A stretch of DNA of 64,000 nucleotides from Octopus sinensis (lineage: Eukaryota): the NCBI RefSeq assembly GCF_006345805.1, contig NC_043006.1, positions 32,364,001 through 32,428,000 of the forward strand. Reading direction: 5' to 3'. Positions within the stretch are counted from its first letter, which is position 1; each line of letters opens with the position of its first letter. Made by a program: the position numbers and the translations under genes. Of the stretch, positions 1-14,332 are shown in pieces. The notes under the pieces are model-generated. The model made no database searches. It saw nothing but the letters and a program-made list of their open reading frames with translations, and was not told where the DNA came from.

Positions 1-109
1 GAGTTAGCAGTGACCTTCATGAGGCACTGTGCCGAGTGACACCGTTGTGTTTACTTTGCAAATTGTGAAATTTGTGTTTTTGTTATCAAGTGTGTGCTGT
101 CGTTTGCGA

Positions 110-190
110 TTTTATCATAGACAGAAGCAAAGATCCAATGTGAAATGTTGCGTTCAACTTGGGAAGTTTGCTAGAGAGATATTAAGTTAC
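110..190 (+). pseudogene. Mariner transposase N-terminal remnant
   Basis: Translates QKQRSNVKCCVQLGKFAREIL, resembling the mariner N-terminus (EQRxxIKFCxxLGKxAxET); runs into (TA)n. Confidence 0.55.
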
Positions 191-252
191 ATAATATATA
201 CATTCATATATAAATAATATATAAATATTTATATATACACACAGATCCCCTC

Positions 253-255
<3 letters not shown>

Positions 256-325
<70 letters not shown>
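256..325. repeat. (TA)n microsatellite
   Basis: Direct reading. Confidence 0.97.
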
Positions 326-326
<1 letters not shown>

Positions 327-454
327 CGCACATGTATACACACATACACACATGTATACATATACATATGCATACATATACATACATTATATACACATTC
401 ATATATAATATTTATATATACACACACATCCCCATATAAACATACACATACACA

Positions 455-770
455 CCCTGGGGTCGATGCAATCGACTTGCCTCTACTCTACAAAATAGTT
501 GGCCTTATGCCGGAATTTAAAGCTGATATTAGCACCGCGAAAGAAAGTTGCGAACCAGCAGAATCGTTTGCATGCCGGACAAAATACTTAGCGGCATTTC
601 ATCTGTCTTTACATTCTAAGTTAAAATTCTGCCGAGGTCGGCTTTGCCTTTTATCCTTTCGGGGTCGATAAAATTAGTACCAGTTGAACACTGGGGTCGA
701 TATAATCGACTTACACCTTACCCCAAAATTGCTGGCCTTATGCCAAAATTTGAACCCAATATATTCGACA
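455..770 (+). mobile_element. tRNA-derived SINE family A (a 3' fragment followed by a diverged near-full copy)
   Basis: Family motifs CAGAATCGTT, TTCCGCCGAGGTCG.CTTTGCCTTT.ATCCTTTCGGGGTCGATAAA and CTGGGGTCGAT..AATCGACTT recur in about 10 copies across the window. Confidence 0.88.
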
Positions 771-1892
771 AACCCTTCCTCTAAATATTTCTGGCTTCGT
801 GTCTGTAGTAGAAAGGATATTAGCACGGTCAGAGGGTCGTGGAGCGTCTGAGCAGTAAATAATGTTCCTTGCAGTGAATTTATGTTGTTCCCAAATCCTA
901 TCAAAGCCAATTTTTCTTTTCATCGTTACCGGACGGCAAATTATAGTACCAGTCACATATTATGGTCGATATTAGTGTCCTTGGATCACTAATAAAAAAT
1001 CAATATTAGCATTTGAAGACTGATTTGCTCCGTTCAGAATGATTCCATCTGTGAATGTGTGTTCATTGTCTCCAGACTTCTGTTTGCTCGATGCATAGAA
1101 ATGATCTAAAGCTATTCATAGCATACAAGTAAAGTTTTGTTCCAGCAGCTGGAATACAGTGAACCCATTGTAGATCGTGTCAACTGATTCTGCTAAATAA
1201 CGATTTGAAATGCCAACTGGATTCTTCTTCAGTTAGTTATGTCCTTGCCTCACCACAGATGTTAAACGGTTTTTTGTTTCCATTTTTGTTTATTTGCTTT
1301 AATTTTTATCTATTTATTCTGTCCTCACGGCAGACTAACATTTCTCAATAAGTGCGTTTTAATACTCAAGTAAAGCTTAGCAAAACTACCTCTACCCGAA
1401 AGCAACGACCATTTAGAAAATCAACTTTTTGTTTGGCCTTGAAAATGTCCACTTATTTCCAAATAATCTTTTCCTTCTTGATAGTTCGCTAATTTATATT
1501 TTTATTCAACAGTTTCCGCTGTTATTCTATGTTTAATTGGTATTAAAAATATCAAGAAGTGTCAAAAGAATAAAAAATATGTAAAAAAAAAAAATGTTAA
1601 ATTGTGTCGCAGAAGTAGCAAACATTATTAATTAAATATTTTTGCTAAAATTCCAGTAAATTCTTTATTAAGGTATTTAGTATTCTGCTCTGGTTCACAC
1701 TCCAGACATAAATTGCTGTTGTTATCGTCGTCGTTGTTGTTCTTGTTTTCGATTTATTTTAATCACGTCACAGCAACCGTTTTCTAACAGAAAAAAACCC
1801 AGGAGTGAAGTGGGTAGAGCATAGTATTAATAGTTTATGCTGTATACAATTCTACTCCATCGGTAGTGTGCATTAGGGAGCGATGGTAAGTT

Positions 1893-2122
1893 CACGAGCT
1901 GGCAGAATCGTTAGCGCGCCGGGCGAAATGCTTAGCGGTATTTCGTCTGTCATTACGTCCTGAGTTCAAATTCCGCCGTGGTCGACTTTGCCTTTCATCC
2001 TTTCGGGGTCGATAAATAAAGTACCAATTTCGCACTGGGGTCGATGTAGTCGACTTAATCCATTTGTCTGTCCTTGTTTGTCCTCTCTGTGTTTAGCCCC
2101 TTGTGGGTAGTAAAGAAATAGG
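1893..2122 (+). mobile_element. SINE family A, near full length, alternative 3' tail
   Basis: A-box-like TGGCAGAATCG, B-box-like GAGTTCAAATTCC and the family core. Confidence 0.92.
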
Positions 2123-2226
2123 TTTGATCCTGTTTCGTCTTTACTGTCATTCAACCTTATTTGATGCCAAGTACGTTGTTACTGGTTTCGAGAAAGGCAC
2201 ACATAGTCGCTTTTAAAGGTGTACTG

Positions 2227-2467
2227 CAGTCTTTCTCAACCAATTTTTTCCTTTGGGCCTAGTTTACTCGGATACAGCCTCATAACCATTCGATATTTAA
2301 AAAATCCTTTTATATTTTTATAATTAAATATTATTAGGAACTTTGTTAAAAAATTGGTTAAAATACTTTGATCATTGTAGAAGTAAAACCAGTTGAATGT
2401 ACATAAATTTTAACAAAATCTTACACGGACCCCCAAGAGTCATGAGGACTCTGGTTGAGAACCATTG
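2227..2467. mobile_element. hAT (Charlie/Buster-type) MITE
   Basis: TIRs CAGTCTTTCTCAACC / GGTTGAGAACCATTG; 8-bp flanks GTGTACTG / GTGTTGTG (6/8); subterminal sequence shared with 20914-21568. Confidence 0.75.
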
Positions 2468-3002
2468 GTGTTGTGTATCTAGGATTCCTGTATCTTAGAC
2501 AAGTCGACTTCTCATTTGAAGATGGTAAGGTGTGACCTGTGTTAAATGTGCTTTACCACTCACGTGGTCACATAAAGGTTCCTTTGAAAGTTATTTGCTG
2601 AAGCAAGGCTTCAGCCTGGTTACCTTTATCAATTGAGACTACACATTATAGTGTGATCAGCAACCGACAGAGCCTCTTTGTGATCATCCGATCTGCTAGA
2701 CATGACACTTACATATACTTCAAAGCACACCCTATTGAGCCTATAGGACGGGAGAGTCTAATCTGAAGCGCCTATAGTCAAACCATATACCTATTTAAGG
2801 TCTGATTTAGGGATAAATAACAACGATAAATAACAACAATAACAACATCCACAACTTTATTAACCCATTGCCTTGAATCATGCTCAAATATGCCAACTTT
2901 AATAAATTCTAGATTCATGATTATTTAAATATATATTCTAATGTTAAGGATAGACTTAGAGAAGACTAGAAGTACGAAATATATAACGAATGAAACACAA
3001 AA

Positions 3003-3503
<501 letters not shown>

Positions 3504-3998
3504 AAACTATATCAAATCTAAAATTCCTGTCCCCAAAACTGCCATTAATCGGTTAATGTTGTTACGGAAATGCTTCTCCATCACATTTCAAATTTCCTCA
3601 ATTTTGAATGTTTGTTTTTTGTTTTTTTTTTCTGTTAAGCACTCCCACCCACTACACAAAATGGATCACAGAGAAATTGGTTCTGAGTTCCGCTTTCTTT
3701 AGCAGCGAACATTCTCAGAATTCTTGAATTAAGCCGTGACAAGTTCGTTAAGAGATGTGCTTAGAATTTTACGCTCAGTTCCAGTAAGCAATGAATAGAT
3801 GTTGCGTCGATTTGAACTGAAGTACTTTAAGATTACGGTCAAATATCATATTAACATGGCTATTTCAACTGTTATCATATGACTAATATAACGGAATTAA
3901 CCTTCTTTATAAGGCCATACCACATCTATTGGCGTGTCAGATAAAGTCATTTTAGTGTTTGGTTTGCAAGATTTTTGCGGTGAATTCGTGTGTTGAAG

Positions 3999-4340
3999 CT
4001 TGTATCTTGGGAAGATCTTTACACTAATAGTAATAACACATGCTCTGGTTCAGTACCACTTCTTTACTGTTAGTCAATTGGTTAAATATTTAACCAACGA
4101 ATCACTCGTTTGTTTAATGTGTTGGTTAAACAATTAATCTGTTGTTTGTTTGCCAAAGTTCTTTCGTCGTTATTCGCGACCTCATCAATGGCATACTTTC
4201 CCTCTTCAGGGTCTGCTTTGTCTGTTTAACCAGCACATTAAACAAGCGATCGATTAACCAATTGACCTACAATAAAGAAGTGATATTGAACCAACGTGCG
4301 TTACTATTATTGGCATAACGACCCTCCCAAGACAAGATAA
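3999..4340 (-). mobile_element. ~340-bp element with ~120-bp imperfect inverted arms and a hammerhead-like core (copy 1)
   Basis: Reverse complement of 5008-5332; arms begin TTGTATCTTGGGA(A/G)G; core motif at 4151-4193. Confidence 0.8.
4151..4193 (-). ncRNA. Variant minimal type I hammerhead-like motif (U3)
   Basis: Minus strand: UGCCA-UUGAUGA-GGUCGCGAAUAACGAC-GAAA-GAAC-UU-UGGCA; stem I UGCCA/UGGCA. Confidence 0.55.
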
Positions 4341-4530
4341 GTTCTTGATTTCCATTTATTTTAATTCTTATTTTACTTATTTTTAAAATTTATTCAAATT
4401 TCGAGAGCAAGAGCTACAAAGATCATAAAATACTATGACAAATATATGTTTTCATGCTAATTCAAATAACATTGGAAAGAATTAAAATAAAGGGGCAAAA
4501 AATGCAAAAAAAAAATCCCGAAAGAATTTA

Positions 4531-4730
4531 CCTTCTCTACTCTAGGCACAAGGCCCGAAATGTTTGGGGAGGGGACCAGTCGATTAGGTCGACCCCAGTA
4601 CGCAACTGGTACTAAATTCCGAAAGAATGAAAGACAAAGTCGACGGAATTTGAACTCAGAACGTAAAGGCAGACGAAATACTGCTAAGCATTTTGCTCGG
4701 CATGCTAACGTTTCTGCCAGCTCACTACCT
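4531..4730 (-). mobile_element. SINE family A
   Basis: Reverse complement of the family A head, core and tail, with an internal deletion. Confidence 0.9.
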
Positions 4731-5007
4731 TATCTAGCATACAATATTAAGTTGAGGGTATTTTGTAAAGTTGGGGTTTAGGGTGTTGAAAGAAATTCCC
4801 GGAATAGCGTCTTTGGTTTGAAGGATTTCAACTATTTGTATGGAGGAGAAACATCAGTGTCCATAACCTTTCTTTCAAGCTCTTCGAAACTGAAATATAT
4901 TAGCGGAGTTGGGTGAAGTTAATTAGTAATATTTTTTATCTATATCATATCTTTATTTCTCAAGTTCTTCAGCTATCAAGGACTGAAGGATTTGGAAAAC
5001 AATAATT

Positions 5008-5332
5008 TATCTTGTATCTTGGGAGGGTCATTATGCCAATAACAACACGCATATTGGTTCGATATCACTTCTTTATTGTTGATAAACTGGTGAATCGATC
5101 GCTTGTTTAATGTACTGGTTAAACAATCAAAGCAGACCTTGAAGAGAGGAGACATGTCATTGACGAAGTCGCGAATTGCGACGAAAGGTTTCTGACGAAC
5201 AAACTCATTGATTGCTCAGCCAATACATTAAACAAACGATCGATTAGTTGGTTAGGTATTTAACCAATTGACTAACAGTAAAGAAGTGGTACTGAACCAG
5301 TGCGTGTGTTTTTATTATTAGTGCAATGATCT
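5008..5332 (+). mobile_element. Inverted-arm element with hammerhead-like core (copy 2)
   Basis: Same family as 3999-4340, opposite orientation. Confidence 0.8.
5155..5197 (+). ncRNA. Variant minimal type I hammerhead-like motif (U3)
   Basis: UGUCA-UUGACGA-AGUCGCGAAUUGCGAC-GAAA-GGUU-UC-UGACG; stem II GUCGC/GCGAC. Confidence 0.55.
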
Positions 5333-8036
5333 CCGTATCATACAAAAAGTTTCAACATCGGAGACAACCAAAATCTAAACATTGGCTAGGTAATTATTTG
5401 TAGTAGGAATGGAGTATCACATTTATCTTGGGCGAGTTCATTGTTGTAATTTGTGCCAGAGTTGGACGGTAGTGTTCTTATACCTGAGGTAAAAAAAGCA
5501 AAACAAAAACAAACAATACAATAAAACTTTTTGGAGCAGCTAGATACTTTACAGCTACTATGATCTAAGACCCTTATAAAATACCTTTAGTGAAGGGAGG
5601 TACCCGAAAGAAATACCTGCAGTTGGCATGCATAAATTAATTTATGATTTCCTCACTTTAAAATAAGTGTTCTTTGAAGAATTTACTGTCGTTTTGGATT
5701 CAATACTCCAGTAACATAACAAAACCATTAATTTCCTATATTCTTCTCCTTCGACACAAAATGGCTAAAAGCGCTAGATAAGACGCTAGTAAAATTGCGG
5801 GTTTTCATTTCAAAATTTTATTTATTTTTAAACCCTAAAAATCTTAATACGTTTTATGTTTATTCGTCACCCATTTTATGACGCTTAATGCTTATAGCAT
5901 GATTGTTTTGGAAGATTTTAATAATGATGCTTGTAAAAGCCTCTAACGACGTAGAATTGTGCCAGTTTGGCTAAATGGTGTTAAAACCAAATCGTCAAAG
6001 ATCTTCAACACAGTTTTGGCAGTATAACTCCCGTATAAATTCAATGAATGGAAAACTATTTCGCCAAATTTTGTGGAAACACTAGAGTCAATGCCACATT
6101 ACAATTTATGAACTAAAGATACAATTATGCAAGGAGCAAAAGAAAATTTTATGTATTTCTTGACTTATCGTCTGGTGATACTTTCTCTTTAGACAACATC
6201 ACTATTAGTCAATCTGAATTAATGAAAATTATATCTATACACACATACACAGTATACCCATTCATCTGGACCCAGTAATATAACTTTGCAGCATTGATAC
6301 TGAATAAGAGGAATCTAACAGACAGGAGAGAAAAGGATACCTATTTAAAGTCAAGCACTGGCAAAAACAAAATCAATGAAAACAGGCCATAAAATAGCAG
6401 TGACTGGAAATACAATCTATGAATCACTGAGAAATAGAAAATATTAACCCACAAGCCAAAGTCTGAAAGAAAGACAGAAATAAATTGAAAGTTTCTCTTC
6501 ATGCATTTATAAAAGAAAATATTTCCTTTACTTTTAAAACATGTCCTGTAGAGATACGCATACCTTTGTGAACACAACCCAATGCCCTTAATTATAATTA
6601 TAACTCTGCTCTCGGGGATACAACAGACCTTTTCGGTATACCAAACCCTAACTACGGCTGCATTCTACTGTCCGCACTTTTTGGTGAGTAGGGGGAACCC
6701 TTCGCTAGCGGAGTTTGGAAATTACAGATGAAATATCCATAATGACGGTCTTAATTACTGCTCTTGGATGATTGGAATATCCATTAAGGTATTGTAGGTT
6801 TTGTTGGCTTTATGACACGGACAATAAAAACTTCTGTTACATTACACCCTGAAAGCTTTGTTACTTTAGACTTATTTCTCAACGTAACAGATAGACTTAA
6901 GTTCTTAAAAAATTTCGACGACACGATATAGATATTGTAATAACGGTTAGAAGAATAATTAATTAACTTACATTAACAACTTTAACGGTGGTACATCAGC
7001 ATGGCCGCAACTCTGAGCTGAAACTACAGAATAAACATTATCATAGGACCCAGTGGCTCGGCGCAAGTTACTGATATGGTGAACAGTTACATTTTATGCT
7101 GCATTAAAAGAGAGTTCCCTAAAGTAGGGGGTGGTTTATGTAGGGATGATGTTCTTTGCACCTTCTGTTAATGTATTAACGTAGAACTTCAGAGGAATCT
7201 TAGAAAGTCAGGGGAAAGCACAAACATAAATGCAAATTTCCTTTCAGAAGCTATTGTATCAAAGTTGCCACGATTTTTGGAGACTTTAGTTCTTCATGTC
7301 GAGAGTTCTGTGCAGGTGATTGATGGGAAACGAAATTATTGGTGAATAGGAAATATTTCATATTCTAACATTTTTTTAAAGAGAAGGACAATGGTGTCTT
7401 AGAAACACTCTGATCGAAAATAATAATAATCATGGAATAGTCACGAATGGAACACTTTCAGTCATGTGATGCCTCAGTGTCTCCTGAACTGTAACTAAGT
7501 AACAAAAACAGTTCCGCCACTACTGAGACACTAATGAGACTAATGAGAGGCATTTTTTCTCACTGATAGGGCTAACTCTTATCGGAGAAGGATATTCATT
7601 TACTCATTGAATGACTCCGATGTTATCTCTGGTCATTCTGAAATTCTATGCCATTCTATTCGAGGATTTCATCAGGGAGTGTTATGGTAAATAACGACAC
7701 AAACGTAAAACCGAGCGAAACTCGAACGTAAAATGGAAACTACATTACGACCATAAACAGTATCAAGCATTCGTTATTACGTCAGCCTACTCTACAATAT
7801 TAAACAAGTTTAACTGACAAGAGTAAAATGCTATTTGCAATATCTGTAAATGCCAAAAGAATTTCTGCTACATAAATCAAGCATTCTTTTAAGCGTCTTG
7901 CAGCATTTAAAAGTCATCTTTGTAAAGAAAATAGTTTCTCATTGTCTCTACATCTGCATAACTTTTACGTCGATATGAAATACCATTAAAAGGACAGATC
8001 TTCATAAAAGACGCATCTGACCTGTAATTAATGTGT

Positions 8037-8188
8037 TTTACGTTCTGAGTTCAAATTCCGCTGAAGTCGTCTTTGCCTTTTATCCTTTCGGTGTCGATAA
8101 AATAAGTACGAATTGAGTACTAGGGTCAATGTTATTGACTATCCCCCCCCCTCAAATATCAGGCCTTGTACCTTTGGTAGAAAGGGTT
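8037..8188 (+). mobile_element. SINE family A, 5'-truncated
   Basis: ACGTTCTGAGTTCAAATTCCGC...TCCTTTCGGTGTCGATAAAATAAGTAC. Confidence 0.85.
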
Positions 8189-8530
8189 ATTATTATTATT
8201 GTGTGTTCATTTACCATGTTTTGTTTCTCTAGCTCCTGCTGTTTCAAGAATTGCTGTTTCCACAATTCTGGAAAACAGTGAAGGGGAACCGTGCATATTT
8301 ACGTGCGTACCGTTTGTGCGTGTGTGTGTATGTTTCTGTGCATGTAAGTATGTTTACGTGGTCTTTGTTGCATAGTTCTATATGGGCTGTTTTCTCTACT
8401 CCGTTCCCCCTTTCCCCTTTTCTCTTGTATACGCGCATATTCACGCACATACTCACAGACATACGCATGCACATAATTTATATATATTTTAAAATCTATA
8501 TTACACACAAACACGCAATTTATATTTAAA

Positions 8531-8930
8531 TAGGCGTAGGCATGGTTATGCGGTAAGTAGGTTGCTTACTAACCACATGGTTTCGGGCTCAGTCCCACTG
8601 CACGGCACCTTGGGCAAGTGTCTTCTACTATAGCCTCGGGCCGACCAAAGCCTTGTGAGTGTGTTTGGTAGACGGAAACTGAAAGAAGCCTGCCGTATAT
8701 ATATATATATGTATGTGTGTATATATTTGTGTGTTTGATTTTGCCTCACCCCCACCATCGCTTGACAACCAATGTTGATGTGTTTATGTCCCCGTAATCT
8801 ACCAGTTCGGCAAAAGCGACCGATAGAATAAGTACTAGGCTTACAAAGAATAAGTCATGGGGTTGAATTGTTCGACTAAAGGCGGTGCTCCAGCATGGTC
8901 GCAGTCCAATGACTGAAACAAATAAAAGAA
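8531..8930 (+). mobile_element. SINE family B, full length
   Basis: tRNA-like head TAGGCGTAGGCATGG...GGGCTCAGTCCCAC, core, internal microsatellite and tail GGCGGTGCTCCAGCATGG...GACTGAAACAA. Confidence 0.93.
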
Positions 8931-9164
8931 TATATATTAACGTCTGTTTTTACATCTACTTCCATGTATATTGTTATTATTAGAGGATTAGAAACGTACC
9001 TAAACCTTTATGACGCTGCATTATAAATAAAACGTCCGCCATTTATAAGACATAAAGATTTATTGGGCGATATTTTCAGAAATATTTCTGCGTGAGTTTG
9101 CATGTATGCATGTATGTATATATGTTCAAATATACATATTCACACACACACACCACACACACAC

Positions 9165-9167
<3 letters not shown>

Positions 9168-9225
<58 letters not shown>

Positions 9226-9277
9226 TGTACATATGTGCGCGTGTATGTGTATAAATGTGTATATAAATGTATGTATG

Positions 9278-9350
<73 letters not shown>
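9168..9350. repeat. Compound (TA)n/(TG)n microsatellite
   Basis: Direct reading; source of several YI-repeat ORFs. Confidence 0.95.
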
Positions 9351-9352
<2 letters not shown>

Positions 9353-10281
9353 CTCACATGCGCACATATATATGGATCTACATGTGTGTTTATATATACA
9401 TATTATGTTTCTATACATGCTTTATATACACATATACACATGCTAAATATATATCCTTCCTGGAAGAATTAAGCCAACAGCGGGTAACAATATTAATGCT
9501 TATGGATCGGTTCACGTGACATATATTTCCTTCCTTCTCTCCTTCTTCTTTCTCTTTATTTATGTATGTGGATCTTTATGGACATTTTTATATTTATTTG
9601 TATTTGCAAACTGTGTATAAACCCAGGATTTTATTTGGATTTTATATGGATTGCTGTAGGTTATGTGGAAAACACTTTAGATTTCACCCGCTCTCTACCC
9701 ATCACTACAAGAAGCGATAACTCAATTTAACGATGTAGCAAATCATTAAGATGTTCCTCAGCAGTAAACAACAGGTATTATGAATTATCTTAATGGATTT
9801 TTATATATGATGCTACCGAACGCTAACATCATGTTTAAGAAAAAATATTATAAACGTAAAAATAAAAAAGATTGAATTGTCTGCTTGTTTGCTTGTTTAT
9901 TTTTTACTTCTAATCAAAAAGTAAAATCAAAAAGTAAAACAAAAATCGTTGAACGATAAATAAAAAAGGAAATAATCGTTTTAATCTCGTCGTTGTATTC
10001 GACGTAGGGTGGGGATGTTGTTTATTTCCGCTGTCTTACCACTTTAATGATCACGCTATCGTATAAGACATGAATATTTCTTAATGTCTTCTAAATGTCT
10101 CAACAATACCCTGCATAAAAAGAGAAACAAGATGCTTTAGATCACAGGCGATGAAAAAACACAAACCAAAGTTACGTCCCTTGTTTTGATAATGTCATAA
10201 GCGAGATGCTCTAAAAAGTAAACGAAAAGCAAAAACAAACCCCTTTTTGTTGCACTTTTATATATGTCTATATATGTTATA

Positions 10282-10652
10282 CGAGCAAAACGCCCCCCGT
10301 CCAATGGACGGTGCTGAGTTGTCAAACATTTAAACCAAATTTTCTCAAAACAACTTGTCCGACCGTCCGATAGGCGTCCCCTTTGAAAAACACTGATTTA
10401 ACCTAAATTTGAGACACCAGCAAAAGAAGAAATAAAGATAGACTTTTTTTCTATTCCAAAGAAAAACGATTTCCCACGGCTTTATCGATCGTATTCTCAC
10501 CTGGAATCGATTTTTGTAATTTTTTCAAGACTTATACACGCCCTGATACCGTCGGTATCTACATATCAAATTTGAGCGCAGTCGGATGGAGGATGCCCGA
10601 GATCCTTGAAGACACACAGACAGACAGACAGAACGATATTATATAATATACA
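10282..10652 (-). mobile_element. Non-autonomous Helitron-like element (second family)
   Basis: On the minus strand: 5' A|TGTATATTATATAA (one change from TC...), (TCTG)n tract, GC hairpin CCGTCC-ATT-GGACGG (10297-10311) 11 nt upstream of a CTCG|T end (one change from CTAG). Confidence 0.65.
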
Positions 10653-10927
10653 TGGCAAACACACCTTAAGAAAAGAAGGACTACCAATTTATTTTCAGTT
10701 GAACAATGATTCGAAAGCCTTCGTTCTGTGAAAGCACATCTTTATATTTTTATCCTTCATACATATGAATAAAACTAATCTTCAGTCATGTTAAAAAGTT
10801 AAACCTGTTTTAATTATGCAAATGTATGTTTGTACATATATATATGGAAAAGAAAATTTCGACACATTTTCAACCATTTCTCAGTGTTTTTCACACACAC
10901 AAACACACAAACACACACACACATATC

Positions 10928-11135
10928 GTGGCACTCCGCCGGTTACGACGACGTGGGTTCGAGTTGATTCGATCAACGGAACAGCCTACTCGTGAAATTA
11001 ATGTGCAAGTGGCTGAGCACTCCACAGACACGTGTGCCCTTAACGTAGTTCTTGGGGAGATTCAGCGGGACACAGAGTGTGACAAGGCTGGCTCTTTAAA
11101 ATAACAGAAACAAGAAGAAAGAGTGAGAGAAAGCG
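10928..11135 (-). mobile_element. SINE 3' portion (third repeat family)
   Basis: GC-richer block GTGGCACTCCG...GACACAGAGTGTGACAAGGCTGG, recognised from memory as the reverse-complemented 3' half of an abundant octopus SINE. Confidence 0.65.
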
Positions 11136-11402
11136 TAATGTAAATCTTATAACTTTTGAAGCCTCTTACCTCACCTGATGAGGCATTTTACATTGTGTGC
11201 TGCATCTGATATCATTGCATCGTCCCCCACCTATAATAGAGCAGTGCAAAGAAAAGCCGAAACGACTGCTGTGCTAAAAAAGCTTTTGGTTATACTCCAT
11301 CTTCTCTATCAATCATTTTGAACTTACTCAAATTGGAAAATAACGCGTGGTGAATAGGAAATATATATATAAAATATATATATATATATATATACATGTA
11401 TA

Positions 11403-11446
<44 letters not shown>

Positions 11447-11823
11447 CATACATGTATATGCATATATGCATATATATATATATATATATGTACATATATA
11501 TGTATATATGTACATGTATATGCTCATATATCTGCGAGTATGCATCCGTACTTATACGAGTGTGTATATGTGCGTAGACGTACATTCATACACCCACGCG
11601 CGCACACACACACAATCATACACAGACACGCCAACGAAGGCTTATACGCGCACATGCCCGCACACACGTACAGAAATACCAACATGAAATTGCTACACTG
11701 CGTGACCTTTCTGGACCATCGCAAGTTGATGTTCAGTAGTAAACATCGGCTCTCTTCAATCAAACTCTCATTCAGACCTCAATGGTTGAAGACTATCCAC
11801 ACGCTTGAATCAGATTGTCTTGG

Positions 11824-11825
<2 letters not shown>

Positions 11826-11919
<94 letters not shown>

Positions 11920-11935
11920 CCCATCTATCTATCTA
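11826..11935. repeat. (TCTA)n microsatellite
   Basis: Direct reading. Confidence 0.97.
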
Positions 11936-12448
11936 ATAAATATAATAGTAGTAGGTTGTAGGTTTTCCCCTGTCAAAGTTCAATATGCTGAAAAAGGTTA
12001 TTTAAATTACATCTGCAGTGAGTTCACTTGAGGGACCTTGATGAGACTGGGACCTTCATATAACTAGGGTATCTTCGGCCCGATTACTAGCTAGTTGAAT
12101 ATTCCTCGTTGAGTAACTATTACTTCCAAGGTTCTGTGAGCTAGGAAACATGCAGCCTGGATTTTATCTGCTCCATTCGCTCAACTGGGATTTTTATTCG
12201 CATTCATAGCAACCCTGGATGCTAAACTATAAAAAAATAGCCTTTTCCCGCTTATCGAACTTCGATATGGGGAAAACTTACAACCGTCTATGCCAAGAAA
12301 CTATTATTGTTCCTGAAAGTTTATCTTTACTTAAACTGACTGCTTGAAGCCTAATAACTTACAACATCTAGATCCTCGGATCTTACAATTTCATATCATT
12401 ATATTTACACACACACATACACACGCACACACGCACACACATACACAC

Positions 12449-12488
<40 letters not shown>

Positions 12489-12911
12489 ATATATATTAAA
12501 TGGAATGAAGTTCTACAAATCCAGTCATATTTGTCAAAAGTGGAGGTGATAAGATGTTAAAAAGTTGTAAGAAGATATTCATACATACAATTGTTTCATA
12601 CATAGATATAAATTGATATTTGAATTTGAAAAGTTATCATAGTACTCATCAGTGCAGCGGGAAAATAATAATAGGAACTTAAAACAGAGCAGAGAAGTTG
12701 GATCTATGAGTTTCATGTTTGCCTGTTCCTATCTGTGTGTGATAGTGATGGTAGTCATGTCAACTATTAAACCACAACTGTATATATATAAATATATATG
12801 TATATAAATATATATTATCCTGTCTAGGGAGAGCCATTCTCTTTTAGTGCTTCATACAAAAACGAAATACATATATATATTATTTGAAAAATGTAATTGT
12901 ACATGCATGTG

Positions 12912-12978
<67 letters not shown>

Positions 12979-13037
12979 ATTGTATGTGTGTGTTGTTCGT
13001 GTATGTATGCGTTTGTGTGTATGTCTACTTATATATA

Positions 13038-13093
<56 letters not shown>

Positions 13094-13924
13094 TGCACAC
13101 ATACATATTGGATACAAAGCAAGAATACAGTCTTGGTCAGCTCTAGTTGTGAAAAGTAAAACTCTGAAATGAAATTATCCGAAGTGAAATGAATTCTCGT
13201 CGAGATGGAGCTATCTCTGTTTGACCAGTTCCAGTGTATATATGATTTCCGTTCACTAGTCAGCAAGTGGGGTATTCTATATTAATTTATTCTCATGGGT
13301 TTACCGACTAAACATTTCATTTTTGACATTTATGAAGGGAATTCTTTAGGATCTCAGCCAAACAAAATCTATTCCGTTTCCTCTCGTTGAGGTATGGTCC
13401 AAGTTTTTCCAGGAAGTTCCATTTAATCCCTTATGACTTACTCTCTTCTTTAAAAAAACCCTATGTAGTTGGTCAAAGACGTAACATTGCGCCTCTCTGG
13501 GTCCTAAAAAAGCACCTGTGGTTATTTAATCGCCGTTTAAAGGGGACCTCCTATGCTCGAACATATTTTTGTATATGTGTTCTTATGCTATTAGTGGCGC
13601 TGAGGTAGTTGTTGCTGCTGCTATTGCTGCCGTTGCCGGTCACCACCTCCACACCTCTACCTCGTAGACCACGTCTCGGAATCGTATCGACCACCTCCTG
13701 ACACTGACTGTTAACCCTGCACGAGCATCCCACCTCGGTGCGGGATTTAGGAGCGATCGCTAAAATCATTTTAACACTAGATGCACAGCTGAATGAATAT
13801 CTAGTATATATATCAAACGCATACACATGCACACACATACACACATGCACACACACCCATGCATACTATATTATATATGTATGTATATATGTGTGTGCGT
13901 ATGTGTGTGTGTGTCTGTATATAA

Positions 13925-13957
<33 letters not shown>

Positions 13958-14036
13958 AACGTATATATGTACATATATATACTTATACATATATACATAT
14001 ACGTATACATACATATATATATATATGTATATATAT

Positions 14037-14243
14037 AAAGGCAAGAATTTTGAAATTACGCTCGCACTGGTTTAAGTGTATCGGAACATATTGCATCGTG
14101 TGTAGGTAGGTATATCTAGGCTTATATACATATGCAAATACATACGTACGTACATACATACATACATACATACATACATACATACATACATACATACATA
14201 CACACATATATATACATATCTATCTATCTATCTATCTATCTAA

Positions 14244-14283
<40 letters not shown>

Positions 14284-14297
14284 ATATATATATATAT

Positions 14298-14332
<35 letters not shown>

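Noticed and set aside
1000-1260. Coding-like block on the minus strand
   Set aside because: Stops in all frames and no recognisable motif.
11165-11280. CTGATGA-GGC...GCC-GAAAC hammerhead-like core
   Set aside because: Stem II is plausible, but there is no stem I pairing and the putative cleavage triplet ends in G; at best a dead remnant.
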